This document shows positions 27,158 through 40,500 of a stretch of DNA of 64,000 bases, piece by piece; position 1 is the first letter of the stretch, and the number at the start of each line of letters is the position of its first letter. The translations under genes were made by a program, and so were the position numbers. The notes beneath the pieces were generated by a model. The model did not search any database and was not told the DNA's origin. It worked only from the letters and a program-made list of their open reading frames with translations. Source of the stretch: Gordius albopunctatus (lineage: Eukaryota); contig OZ193909.1 in assembly GCA_964276515.1 (NCBI GenBank), positions 21,390,001 to 21,454,000 of the forward strand. The letters are read 5' to 3'.

Positions 27158-28048
27158 AAGCGATAACCAAGGTATTCATGATCCCTATGCACTCCTTTTC
27201 CATAACAGATTACAATGGATACATTAAATCTAGCAGTATTTCCATACACAGATCAATGTTCTTCCTTTCTCTTTTTTTGTCTTAAAATTTTAATCAATAA
27301 TGTTTACAGTTGTTGATGCCTCAATAATATGTGAGATTAATTTGATTGTGTCTTTAACACACCTTTTTTCACATTTTATTAAAAAAATACACATCAGATT
27401 TTGAGGTCATTAAGTTAGATACAGATGGCAGAGTGATGAATATATATATTAAGGACATTTTTTAAGATTATTATGCTGCTACAATAAATATCATAAATCT
27501 GTTTTGCAAATGACCAAAATAAGGCAATTAGATTTAATTTAAACCAATGATTTTTTAACCCTCTAAAATTATAAAATAGTTTTTTTTGGATCTCTCGTTC
27601 ATTTGTATATGACTTAAAATTTGTGGAAAAAAGCTTAAAAGTCTATTTCATGCTAACAACATAAAATAGTATAAATAGAAAAATATATACAAGGTACCTA
27701 ACATAAACTTATTTTATAATACATTCCAACTTTTAAAAATATGGCAAAGATAATAATAACAATCAGTGAGTTAATTTGAGAGGTCCTAAAGCATTTTAGC
27801 AATATTTCCTAGCACTTCAATAGGTTCAATTAATTAAAATATATCACCTCATATTTAATAAAATACCAACAAGTTTTGATAAGTGATTTTATTAAAAATA
27901 TAAAATAAACTATAAAATATAAATATTACCACAGAAAATAGATTGATTTGTATGGATATAAAGATTTGCCTTTTGCACATAGAACATTACAAGCACGTTA
28001 ATGAAAACAAATGAATAACTTTTTCTAGACACCAACAGGAAATTATTC

Positions 28049-28709
28049 TTAATTCCCCATAGCATATATCCTAGTCCATTCTCTAGCTATTTAAAGAAAA
28101 AAGTAATTGATAAAATAACATGAAATAAAAAACAAACAATAATAATAAAAACTTACATTTTTATTTATTATTATATTACCTGTTTTTATGGCATCACCTT
28201 CATTTACTTTCCATTGCTCTGCAACAGCATTATCCAAAGGATCATCAGGATTAGGTGCACTTAATAATGCCTGAATAGATAAAAGTACAGTCCGAATTTG
28301 AAGTGCTGGACTCCATTTATCTATTTTATTATTTTTATACAAATACTTTTTTAATATTACCTTTTAAAATGTCTAAACAAATTCTCCCTAATTTGTCAAT
28401 GTTTGGATGATATATCTTTGTCATGAATCGAACTTTAGGTGCAGACATTGGATACTCCTCTGGCAAAAATAATTCGAGTTTAAACGTACCCTTTTCAAAT
28501 GGGGACTAAAACAATATAGAAAAAGATTGTTATAAGGTTACATCTTCAGGTCCAGCGATAATCACCTTAAAATAACGCGCATTTTCTTCATCTGGAATAG
28601 CGGTGATTCCGGGAACAGGTTCGGCGATTAATCTCTGAGTTTCCTAAAAATCATATTAAATGTAACATTTAAAATCTACTTTTATTATCCTTTTAGGAAG
28701 TCCAGCCAT
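28049..28709 (-). CDS. UBE2N: Ubiquitin-conjugating enzyme E2 N (Ubc13/bendless), 151 aa, 5 exons
   Basis: Exons 28680-28709, 28542-28643, 28361-28505, 28180-28320, 28049-28086. Protein: [64 protein letters not shown]. Confidence 0.97.
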
Positions 28710-29479
28710 GGGTGTTATTAATGAGCAAATTGGTACAAACAGCTGTAGGCTTTACACTTTTCTTTCAAGTTTTTTGTTAACGCATGTTAAATATTTAGGT
28801 ATTACTTTTTTAGGTAAAATAATAGAATTCGCAGCATTTCTAAGGTTCTACGAAGAGGGATAATTAAATAGTAAATATATTATTTGACTTTGTTAAATAG
28901 GACCATGCTATGTGGAAAAAGAAAGTATGCACCTACATTATTCTATGAAAATACGAAGATAGAATAGATATATTAAAAACGACATTCAATTAATAAAAAA
29001 GAAATAGTTGTAATAAACAACCAGCTGTTGTAATATATAGCCCGCATCACGAGTATCATTCCCAATAAGTAACCAGATCTCGATGAAGAATCGAAAATTA
29101 AACTCAACAGAATGTAAACATGCTCTATCAAAAAGCTTGAATGATTAGAGAGCATTCCGTGATAAAGGTTAGTAACCAAAAAAAGCAATAAAATTCTATT
29201 TAACAATTGAAATTTTTTAAGTGTACTTTAAATAAAGATCTCAAAAACATGTCAAATTGCTGCAGGCGCGTAGCAATGTTTTTATCAAAGGGGAAAGCTG
29301 TCAATTTTTTACAATTTTTTTTTAATCCAAAGAAAAAATAAACAAACGAGGGCCCTCTGGGCTTAGGAGCCGAGCATGCATTAATCGTAAATTTAGAATT
29401 TTAAGTAGGCCTGGGTGGGCACCACAGGAAGATTGTCGCAATGTGGGCTTAAATTTTTATAGTTGGGGATCAGTTTTAA

Positions 29480-30330
29480 TCTAGAGATATTGTACTGCAT
29501 AGGACAAACGATCGATATTACTTGCGACCATTCATCCATGATATGACACCATTAAATATCCAATTATATTTTAGAATGGTGCTGACGGATATCATTTTTA
29601 CAATAAGATGACAAATCCAGTCAACGGCGAACCTACAAATTTAAAATTCAGCCTATTAATTATTATTCATGCTTAATGCTTCAAGAAAATGAACTAAATT
29701 AAATTCTAATCTTGCTCTTCATCCGATCACGTTCATTTTAATGTTAAGAAGTTCGCATTTTATGGATGAATAACCACAAGATTCTTTAGCGTATGTTCCT
29801 AACTACGCTCGTCCGTATATTCACAACATTTACATGCAATCCCGCTTCAGGTTATATCGAGAAGCTCTTATTTCATGGCAAATTTTTTGGCGGATAGACA
29901 TGACATCAGAGCACGTGTTTTTTGATAGAAGTTTAAATCAATAATTAATCTCAATTAAGCATAAGATATTTGGGTCTATGGGTTGCTAGATGGACTCAGT
30001 TGAATGGCAAAAAGAGGCTTACCGCAAGCCATATACTCATATAGTAGTTATATACGAAGATCACGCCCAACGATATCGACAATGTCATATCTGCTTAAAT
30101 ACCCAATCCCAAACTAGATAAGTGTTTGTACGAAATCGTAACTAAAAATATGATACACGGTCGTTGCGGATTACTTAATCCCAATTCGTCATGTCTGAAA
30201 GATACCCTAGAAGGTTAGTATGCAACACAGTTAGGGGCAGTGATGGATATTCTTTGCACAAAAGAAGATGAACAGACAATGGTGGTTTCATAGCCATGAT
30301 CCAACTGAGGAATGCATTAGATTGGTGCAC
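29480..30330 (+). pseudogene. Helitron Rep (HUH rolling-circle initiator) relic
   Basis: Frameshifted motifs YPIIF*NGADGYHF, QDSLAYV..TCNP..RHDIRARVF, VEWQKRGLP, IDNVISA*IPNP..LYEIVTKNMIHGRCGLLNPNSSC and DGYSLHKRR match the RepHel Rep domain. Confidence 0.85.
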
Positions 30331-30652
30331 GGGTTTTTAAAATATTTTTTATTATTGATTTTAAGCTTTCTACTATTTATTATGTGGGGTGTAATACAAT
30401 ATGTTTTCTGAACATTATAGTTTATTTTCTATAAAACACCAGCACTTAAAATTAAGCATTTTTGTCACCGAATTATGCATAATATAGCGAAATATCGCCG
30501 TTTAGATCCATACAATTTGAAGGGATATAGGCTAAATCCCGAAAACGCAGAATCATGAAGCTACGATAATGCTATTGCTACGATTTTCAAATTTCCGTAT
30601 GTTTTTTAGTTTTAAAGTTTTATCACTTCCCTAATAATATTATGTACTTTCA

Positions 30653-30856
30653 ATGCATTGATTCAAGAGCTAGATTTATGTGCAACCTTCAAAATTTACT
30701 TATGTATGAATCATATTTAATTTGTTAAAATTTATACAATAAACCATTTAGTATATGCATTGATTCAAGAGCTAGATTTATGTGCAACCTTCAAAATTTA
30801 CTTATATATGAATTATATTTAATTTGTTAAAATTTATACAATAAACCATTTAGTAT
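30653..30856. repeat. Tandem duplication, 2 x 102 bp
   Basis: ATGCATTGATTCAAGAGCTAG...CATTTAGTAT is repeated with about 2 differences. Confidence 0.9.
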
Positions 30857-30889
30857 TTGACATTTTTCAGTAAATGAAGATTATATTTT

Positions 30890-31608
30890 TTCTCAGGGTA
30901 AATGGAAAGAAAACAGAATACATGAAGACAAGACAAAGTTTATATCTGATGAAAACCAGCAAAGTGCATCCCTTAGTTTAGGCGATTGGCAACTTACAAG
31001 CGTGGATTACTTCAAATATTTAGGATCAACACTTCAATCGGATGGTGGAATGGATAAAGAAATCCAAGCAAGGATAAATTCCGGTTGGCTAAAGTGGAGG
31101 GACCTGACAGGTGTTCTGTGTGACAAAAAAATCCCGAGAAGACTAAAAGGCGCACTGTATAAATCCATCATACAGCCAACAGTCCTGTATAGCTCGGAAT
31201 CATGGGCTATACGTATAGAGAAGAGCAGCGTCTTGCGGCCATGGAAATGAGAATGCTAAGATGGGTGCTACGAGTAAGCAAAAAGGACCATAGGCGAAAT
31301 GAAGAAATAAGAAGAATTTTGGGTACTACATCAATTGCGACAAAGCTCCTAACAAATAGACTAAGATGGTATGGCCATGTAGAAAGAAGGGACGATAGCT
31401 ACGTAGGAAAGAAAACCGAGATAATAAATTTCGCAGGAAAACGAAGAAGAGGAAGACCCAAGCTAACCTGGATTCATAAAATACGGCATGATATGAAAGT
31501 CCACAAGATAAAGAAAGATCTATGTAAACATAGAAACAAATGGAAACGAATGCGGAAAGGACTGACCACCAGCCTAGGTGACAAGCAGTCATAGAAAGAA
31601 GAAGAAGA
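30890..31608 (+). mobile_element. RTE-clade LINE, 5'-truncated 3' end
   Basis: FKYLGSTLQSDG..LTGVLCDKKIP..EMRMLRW..RLRWYGHVERR..GKRRRGRPK, one frameshift, and a (GAA)n tail. Confidence 0.9.
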
Positions 31609-31620
31609 TATACAATTATG

Positions 31621-32370
31621 TATCTATCTCAAATTTTTTAAGAGGGCTGCAATTAATAAACAATAATGTTTAATTAGAAGCAAATATGAATATAGTCTTA
31701 TTATATATAGTAAATTTTTAAATATCTACAAACATATTAATGCAGTCTTAATTTTATTTATCTATGTTAATTTATCTTAATATTTTATAAGACATTTTAA
31801 TAAGGAATGAATGCGCTTTTTAAAAGATAAAAATAACTATGGTTCGTAGCTGATTGTTTTATTTCTTAATTTAGCCTTTTAATAGCCTTTTTAGTGCCAG
31901 TTTAACTCGCGATATCTAAAAAAAATATCACGGTTACTCGGCACAAACCAGAGTACCAGCGCTATAAAAATCTCGTAAAACTTGGGCCATAAAAATGGAT
32001 GAGTAAAATATGTAAGCGAAGGCAACACCACAATTCAATAATATATTTTAGATAGTACTATCTCAAATTTTTTAAGAGGGCTGCAATTAATAGACAACGA
32101 TGTTTAATCACAAGAAAATATAAATATAGTCTTATTGCAGATATTAATTTTTTCACTACAAATATATTAATGCACTCTTAATTATATGGCTCTATGTTAA
32201 TTTTTCTTAATATTTTAGAAGATATTTTATTCAATAATATATTCAAGGTAGTATCTATCTCAAAATTTTTAAGAGGGCTGTAATTAATAAAGACTAATGT
32301 TTAAAATTATTACTAGTAAATATAAATATAATCTTATAAATGTTTTAATACATATTAATACAGTCTTAAT
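31621..32370. repeat. Three diverged direct repeats starting CTATCTCAAATTTTTTAAGAGGGCTG
   Basis: Copies at about 31621, 32057 and 32252, adjacent to the 3' end of the MULE relic. Confidence 0.75.
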
Positions 32371-32429
32371 TAAGTTTATTCACAACATCTATATAATTTA
32401 TTCTATGTAATTTTAATCAACTAATTCTT

Positions 32430-32985
32430 TGGGCTTTAGCTTCCAACTTTCTTTGAACTTGATATAAAATATTGCCATTGTAAATTTGTATAATTTTTGT
32501 TTCAATATTTCTCTGGTGTTCTTTTGAAGTTTGGAAAAACTATATATATTTGGATGTGGCTGCTTTACTCATTCATGGCATTATGGAATCATTCCAAATG
32601 GTTATTAATAGTCATACGAGAAGCTTCATATTTTTGACATAAATTATACAAACATTTTAATATAACTTAAAAATCTTTTCAAATTGGCATTATTGAGATG
32701 TTCGGAGGAAGTCATATATTTGTTATAAACTAAACTACATCTACATCTTTTTCCTGAGATATGGTGTATTGCATATTTTCTTAATAATTGTTAGGATATT
32801 TTTGTCTTTAATGTATTATTTAGCAAGGCCCAATTTCTTAGCTTTGCCAACTATTGCTTGGGAGAAATGGAAATAGCAACCTAGTAAGAATTTATTTTAC
32901 TATATATTGTATAAATTTTACCTTGAATTATAATGTCAGGGAATATTGTTTTTAGGGCTTTAATGGAAGCCATCTCAAAATATCT
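32430..32985 (-). pseudogene. MULE (Mutator-like) transposase relic with a 41-nt intron
   Basis: FEMASIKALKTIFPDIIIQG|CYFHFSQAIVGKAKKLGL (intron 32881-32921), then NNHLE*FHN; contains stops. Confidence 0.8.
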
Positions 32986-33643
32986 TGTTTTGCTCTCTTA
33001 ACCAAAAATTTGGTAAAAGCCTGATCATATGATAGTGTAGCATTAAAATTCGGGATTATGCGCTTTCGGGATTTAGCCTAGGAACCCAATTTGAACACAT
33101 TATAAATGGAGTTAATATCTTTAAAAATCTATGTAAATCAGAGATCAGATTTGTTTGGAATTTTCTGCCGGAACCCGACCCGATTCAATTTTTTAACTTC
33201 CTTGCCCGCCCAAAAACTTCTAAGTGTCCGCTCGGGTCCGACCGAATCGTTAAAGCTGCCCGAATCGCCCTCCCTGAAATATGAAATTTGCCTGTTAGGC
33301 CCGAATTTATGTGATCCCAAACAGAGGTAAATTTGTTTAAAATTTTCTGCCCGAACCCGGCCCCGCCCAAATTTTTAACAACTTAATTGCTCGCCTAAAC
33401 CATTCAAAATTTTTTCTCGGCAATGCCCGAACCATTATAGCTGCTCGAACTGCACAGCCCGATCCATAGGCCTCAAATTTTTAATAGATTAATTGCTAAT
33501 GCATTTAGGTTAAAAAAATTCAATTAGTAATACTTACTTTTTTTGATGAAAAAACTATGTATAAATCACCTTCTTGCTATAGAATATAATGGGGAAAATT
33601 TTTAAAATGAATTATGTATCCTAAATTTAAGTAATAAGGTAGA

Positions 33644-35341
33644 TAGTGTTTCGATCTCGTCTCGTCTCGGTCTAGAAAAATCTCGATCTCGTTTCGACTT
33701 TAAAAAAAAATAAATACGGAATAAAATTTTCTCTTGTTTTATTATAAATATTAAATAAGTGTTAAAAAATTAAAATGGCAAATTTTTATATTTTTTGATA
33801 AACTTTAATACACAAACTTTTTAAAGATTTAGCGGGACACAAAATCTCATTGCCAATATAAAGATATGAATTCATTCAAAAAATAACATTTTCTATGGAA
33901 AGCGCAGACTAAAAAACTATAAATAAATTTGAAGTATGGAAAATTCAATTTTATTGTTCTAGCAAATTATAACATTTGTATCAAATCACTGTGTTTGTCA
34001 ACTATATAGACTTAGATAATAATATATCGGTTATAGTTGACTTAGTTGCAAAATGTAGCAAATTGAGACCCTTTATTAACCCTGGCTAAAGCTTTAAAGT
34101 AGACCTTAACATATTTAAGGCAAACATTTTGTAACGAAGTGGCCGGCTGGTAGAACCCTAAGCTCCCGTATACTAGGCTCCCGTATAACACTAACTCCGA
34201 TTCTAAACCAAGAGACTAAGTCAAAAGACAGAGACTGTTTTATTAGATGGATAAGGCTTTTTATACACATAGCGAAGGACATATATAAAAGTAGTAATCA
34301 AATAAGAGATAAAGTACGGTGTAAACTAAGGTATATTCAAATGGCTAAGCGCGCTCAAGTATAGGAAAAACGCGTGTATTCAAATTGCAACCTTGAATGC
34401 CGCTACACTACACATTTAAGTCCATTAGTACCATTATTAATTATAGCCCATAGTGTCTATTGCATGTTTACTATAGCGTTATAAACCACAATTCGCGAGT
34501 GACTTTTAATGGATAATATTAATTGCTATGCAACTTTATTATTTACAGAATTTGTAACTAGATGCACATAGAAAAACGTGCAGAAACAACAATAAAAGTA
34601 GCATTATTATAGGATTAAGAATATAAGGTTTTAAACTTTAAATTGCACGTATTTAAATTTATGACAAAAATAATTAAAATCAAATTTATATTCCAAATAA
34701 TTATCTTCCAATTATAACTAACTTTGACATTAAATATTTATTTATCTAATATAGAGATTTAATCTATTACGGTGTCATTAAATATTCTATTGTACTTTTG
34801 AAATCGTTAGGCGGGTACTCAAAAATCTCGAGCCACCTTGCTTAACTAGTTTAATTATTCAAACTGATTGACTACCAATTTATAATTACCACATTATGCA
34901 GGATGAGTAACTGCCAAATATAAATATGATGTGTTTATATTTACTATTAAATCAGAACTCATTCTAAGCCTATAATTTTGTAATATATAATCATGCTATG
35001 GATTCAAATATGTGATAAAGATAATATAAAATTATTCACATACCCTAAGAGTCAACAATACTTAGGTAAATGCTGAAAAAATATAATATTTACAGGATTT
35101 TGTTTAATGTCAAATATATTCCATACATATTAATTTACACTTAATACCTTAAATGTAAATGCTGCAAATTAAAATAAAAAATAATTTACTAAAATCTAAC
35201 GATAAAAAAAGTCGAGATCTCGCCGAAAAAATCTCGTCTCGTCTCGACATCAAAATTCTCGTCTCGATCTTGACTCCATTTTTCAAATTCTCGTCGAGAC
35301 GAGACGATACCGAGATTTTTCTCGGTTTTTCCGCATCACTA
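33644..35341. mobile_element. Complete non-autonomous hAT-type element with TAGTG termini and GAGAC subterminal arrays
   Basis: Perfect 8-bp TSD AAGGTAGA (33636-33643 and 35342-35349); TAGTG...CACTA ends. Confidence 0.9.
34130..34412 (-). mobile_element. Solo LTR (283 bp) inserted into the hAT-type element
   Basis: TGT...ACA ends with 5-bp TSD CATTT. The paralogous copy at about 36455-36470 shows the empty site (GGCAAACATTTAAGTCC on the minus strand). Confidence 0.85.
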
Positions 35342-36234
35342 AAGGTAGATAAGGAAAAAAGGGCGAATTGCAAAATGGGGAAGCAACCAAATTTTAATTG
35401 TTAAAAAATTTGAATGAATTAGAACTAAATTTAACGCTTATATACGTATACATTGTGTGAAAATGGCTTGTCACCTTTGTTTTAAGTCTTGATGGCTCAT
35501 GTGTCTTGCAAAAAATGAAAGGGCTACATAAATATTTCAATCCTTTCCATAAACCTAGCTAGAATCTGAAAGGTAAGGAGTCGGGAAAAGATTATAATAA
35601 TAACTTGGGAAGGGGTGGCAAAATTATGTTATTTTAACATTTTAAGCATTCTCAATATAAAATCTAATAAAAAAGTAAAAAAATAATATACTAATTTTTT
35701 AATTTATTTATGCCCGAATTTTATCTGCTTCCCCCCCCCCCCCCCCCCCCGAAAATTAAAATGTAAAACAGTTGCGCCGGGCTTTTCTGGTTTTAGATGT
35801 GAATATAAAATTTATTAATAACTAAGCCGTTTTCCCTAATCATTATTACCTTAATACTAATCATATTTAAATACATTATATAGCTTTATAATTGGTTTTC
35901 ATTATAACGTCTCTTACATACGATCCTCATTTTATAGTAAATACCCTATTATTACGTATTAATTAATTATCTTATTGAAGCATATGCCTAAGCACCCCTT
36001 GGGCGAGCATAGCTAGTAATATATTTTTTAAAATCTTTATTAGGTGAAGTCTATATATTATAATGTTTGTGCTGGGGGGTATTTTTAAAAGTATTATCAA
36101 TATTGAAATTTAAAAAGAAATCTTTAATATGTTTGGACAGATTTTCAACGTTGGGTCCTCTTACATATAAGGTGTGAAAGGTAAGCCTGAAAGAGTTTGT
36201 ATGATTATAATGTTTTTGTCATACATATAAATAC

Positions 36235-37000
36235 GTGTACTTGAAATTAAAGTTTAAAACTTTATGTTCTTAATCCTATAATAATGCTGCTTTTATTGTA
36301 CTTTTTACAACGTTTTAATTTGTGCAACTAATAATCAATTCTGTAAACAATAATAATATCATTAAAAGTCACTCGAACTTTGTGGTTTATAGCGCTATAG
36401 TAAACATGCAATAAACACTATGGACTATAATTGATTATGGTAATATCAATGGACTTAAATGTTTGCCTTAAATATGGTGAGGTATACTTTGAAGCTTTAG
36501 CAAGACTTAATAAAGTGTCTCAATTTGCTCAATTTTGCAACTAAGTCAACTATAAGCGAATTTATAATTTTCTAAGGCTATTTATAGTTGAGAGACACAG
36601 TGAATTTGATACAAATGTTATAATCTGCTACAACAATAAAATTTAATTTTCAATATTTCAAATTTACTTATAGTTTTTTTAGTCTGCTTTTTATAGAAAA
36701 TTTTATCTTTATGAATTAATTCATATCTTTATATTGTCAATAATATGTCGGGTCCTGCTAAATCTTTAAAATGTTTGTCTTAAGGTTTTTCAAAAATAAA
36801 AAGTTTGCCATTTGGATTTTTTGATAATTATTTAATATTTTTAATAAAACATAAAAAAAATTTATTGCGTATATATATATTTTTTTAAAAGTCAGGACGA
36901 GACGAGAATTCTCGTCAAGACGGGACCGAGATTTTTCTAGACTGAGACGAGATCGAGATTCTCGTAATCGCTCCCGAGACGAGACGAGATCAAAACACTA
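36235..37000. mobile_element. Partial inverted copy of the 33644-35341 element
   Basis: Reverse complement of about 33644-34660 without the solo LTR; ends CAAAACACTA. Confidence 0.85.
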
Positions 37001-37574
37001 TGGTTTCTATTTCATTTTTTGATTTCTCAATATTAAAAATTAACCGAAAATAATTGTTCTTTTGTTTGAGGCAGCACTTAATGAGAAATTATGTTATAAT
37101 TGCTTGTTAACATTGTGTTATTGAATAACAAAGCGGAAATTTATTATAAAATCGGTAGCATAATTTAAAAAATTATTTTTTAAATAATTTCTAGTTATTT
37201 ATTTTTTCTATGAAATACATAATTTGATTATTTTGCTATCTTTTAAAAAAAGTTAAATTAAAAAATTATTTTGGGGGGACAAAATGGCCAGGATTTTGCT
37301 TTTCCGGCCTTTGGCCCTCCGCTAAATAAACCATTGCCAATCTTCACCCAAAATCGAATATGGCCACGGGTGTAAAACTATCCCAAAACCAAAGATTATA
37401 AGCATAAAAAATCTGCCGTTTATAGATTATTTTAAATACTGAACTAAAAACGAAGGTAAAATTTAAGTCAGTATAAAACTTATTATGTATTTTTTGATGA
37501 GATGTCTTTTTAAGCAATCATATGGTTAACTAACCACGCTTTACGTGGTTCATTTTAATTCACCGCTTAGTTAA

Positions 37575-40500
37575 ATGCTCGTTTATATTTCATTGTTCTT
37601 GTTTGTTAATATTTATATAACACAATCATCCAAATGTAATACATGTAAAAAATTTGTCGATCATTTTAAAGAGGTTACCTTTATTATTGCATATTTTTAA
37701 ATCTAGACTTTCTAGGAATTGGAGAGAACGCAAAAGCATAATTATGGAGGTGGAAATACAAATTGGGAAGAGAGTTCATTACCAAAATATGCCGATAGGT
37801 AAGGAATTTAATATTATTATTTTAATTGTCATTTTCAGTGAAATAAGATTTCATGAGATGATTGATAATATACACCACCAAAAAAATGAGAAAGTATTAC
37901 TTTTATTATAATATAATATACTAATTGAAAATTATGATGAGATTTAATAAGATATGTTGTATAGATGTCATCATTTATAGAAGAAGTAGAAGAATTGCTT
38001 GAAGGCTGGTGGATGTTTAAGAAATTTCAATATACAAATCTTCATGATTGGCTTTGTGTAATAACTCTTAAAGGTATATACATTTTTTAATCATCAATTG
38101 ATGAATAAAACAATGATATTAATATGTTTTGGACGAATAAATATTATAATTCATATATAAATGATGTTGCTTTGGAAATTAAACCATTCTACCTATATTT
38201 TTTAATTTGCAAAAAGTAACCTCGATTTACATTTTCAATAATGATTGGTAGCATGTTTTGTGTTCAAACTTAGCATATTTTAATAACTGATTAATGATCT
38301 TTGATTCTTGTTTACAAAAATATCACAATCCTATTTATAGAATGTTGTCAACCTAACCATTGGGGTGCACATTGTATACCATGCTTAATGCAATCTGCGT
38401 CAAATATACCTTGTACTGGAAACGGTGAATGTTCAGTGAGTTCTTAAAATTCAAATAAATATTTTTACCAAGCCATATGTTAACTTATTATTCATCCGCA
38501 AACCTTTTGGTGGTCATACATTTTCTATATTTTTATGATTAAAACCTTAAAGTCATTTTAAAAAGTCCAACTAGAAATTTTACATTTACATTTATCCAAC
38601 CTTTATATGAAATATAACCCCTAAAGTCTACACTTTGACTTTACAAAATGATGTTGATAAGTTATATAGCAGAAAAAATATAAGACCTCAAAAAACTTTA
38701 ATTATTATCAAGCGTGAAGTTTATTACAAGAACATTTTTGATTTTTGAAAAATGTTTTTATAATAAAAATATCAAATGTTGACTTATAATTGTTTCAAAA
38801 CATTTGTGATGATTCAATGATAACACGGTTCAACAAGAAAAATTAAGGGCAAACTGTTTGCAGATTCTGGTAGAGTTTTTCACTGTGAACAAAAATATGT
38901 TTTTAGTTTTTTCCGTTTACGTCAAGTTTTTTAAATATTCGGTGTCAAAGTTGCCAAAAACGCGATTTTAGCGTTTTTCAAACTTCAATAACTTGCAAAT
39001 TAGTCGGTAAAAATTTTGTTTAATAGATTTAATACGTAGATATAGGGTTAGGGAATGTATTCACAATTATTTTTTATCGTAGCACTTTCACTTTTGGAAT
39101 TATATACAAAATTAATTATCATCCCTACTATCTTTTACATTGACAAATTAGAGCAGACTTCTCTTCAACACTAGGAATTAAGTGCGTAGTACCAAAACAA
39201 CAACACGCACTTAATTCCTAGTGTTGAAGAGAAGTCTGCTCCTCTAATTTGTCATGGGGCGCCCTCCATTCTCTTCAACACTAGGAATTAAGTGCGTAGT
39301 ACCAAAACAATCGCGTTTTTGCCAACTTTGACACCGAATATTTAAAAAACTTGACGTAAAGGGAAAAAACTAAAAACATATTTGTGTTCACAGTGAAAAA
39401 CTCTACCAGAATGTGCAAATATTTCGCAGCTTAATTTCACAAGTCCATTATTTGTTGACTAGTGTAATTACCTTTTTTATACAATAAAATTTTTTTGAAT
39501 ACAAGATAGAAATCTCATTTATTGCAATTTTCACATATTTTTGAACCTAGTAACTTTATTTCATGAAACTTTATACTATAAAAGTAAATTAGAAAATGAT
39601 GTTTTCAAATTTCTGTCATAATAAAATTTATTAAATTGAAACAAGGGTGAAGGAACGAGAAAAGGAAGTGGGAAATGCATTTGTCGAGGTGGTTCTTATG
39701 GTTCCCTGTGTGATAAATGCAATAGAGGCTATTTTTTGACCACCATCAACTCCACACACCTCAATTGTACAAGTAAAATAAATACATTCAACAAATTATA
39801 AATTGATTTTTTTGCTTCAAATCCTTTTCCCTGCAATACTTAGAGTAGTAGATATATTTTGAAATTCTATTGTTCTTATTCTGACATTCATAAATTTAAA
39901 TAACTTTTTGATTTTGTAAAAACCAATTTTTACAAGATTCACTTTGGCATCTAGATTTATGAAAGTGAATCTGATATAGGATTGTCTAGAATTATTAGGT
40001 CAGCCCCAAACTAAAATTCTTAATTTTCCAAAAGTTTAGACATTCAAATTTTTTTATGTCACAATTTATAATTTTAGGCATTTCGTTCTTATTATCATGG
40101 TTAGATTTTTGATCAGTATTAATTATTTTTATTTTAATAATAAAATTTCCGTCCTTTTTTATTAAGGCTTCAATTATAAAGATACAGGAATTTCTCACTC
40201 GCTTTGCTATGGATATATTACTTAAAAAAATACTTGAGTTCCGAGCAAGAACTATAAACTCTTCGTTTTTGAAACTGTCTCTGATTTTCAAACTTGTTAC
40301 ATAGGGTGCGACGCCTCTTGCCTTAATACGTGCACTGGGTTGGGTGCAGATAAGTGCGATGCCTGTGCCAACACTTTTCGAGCCCACCAAAACGGAACTT
40401 GCCTAGGTTTGATCATTTTACTCACCTAAATCAGGTTAGAGTCGCATGATTTAATCGAGCTCTAACCATTTTATTCTCCAGAGTTTTTAATACAATATTT

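Noticed and set aside
35149..35404. Overlapping ORFs with SRRD repeats (also 51356-51700, ERER)
   Set aside because: Translations of transposon subterminal repeats.
39995..40390. 131-aa minus-strand ORF
   Set aside because: Antisense shadow of CRELD exon 40305-40406 plus AT-rich intron.
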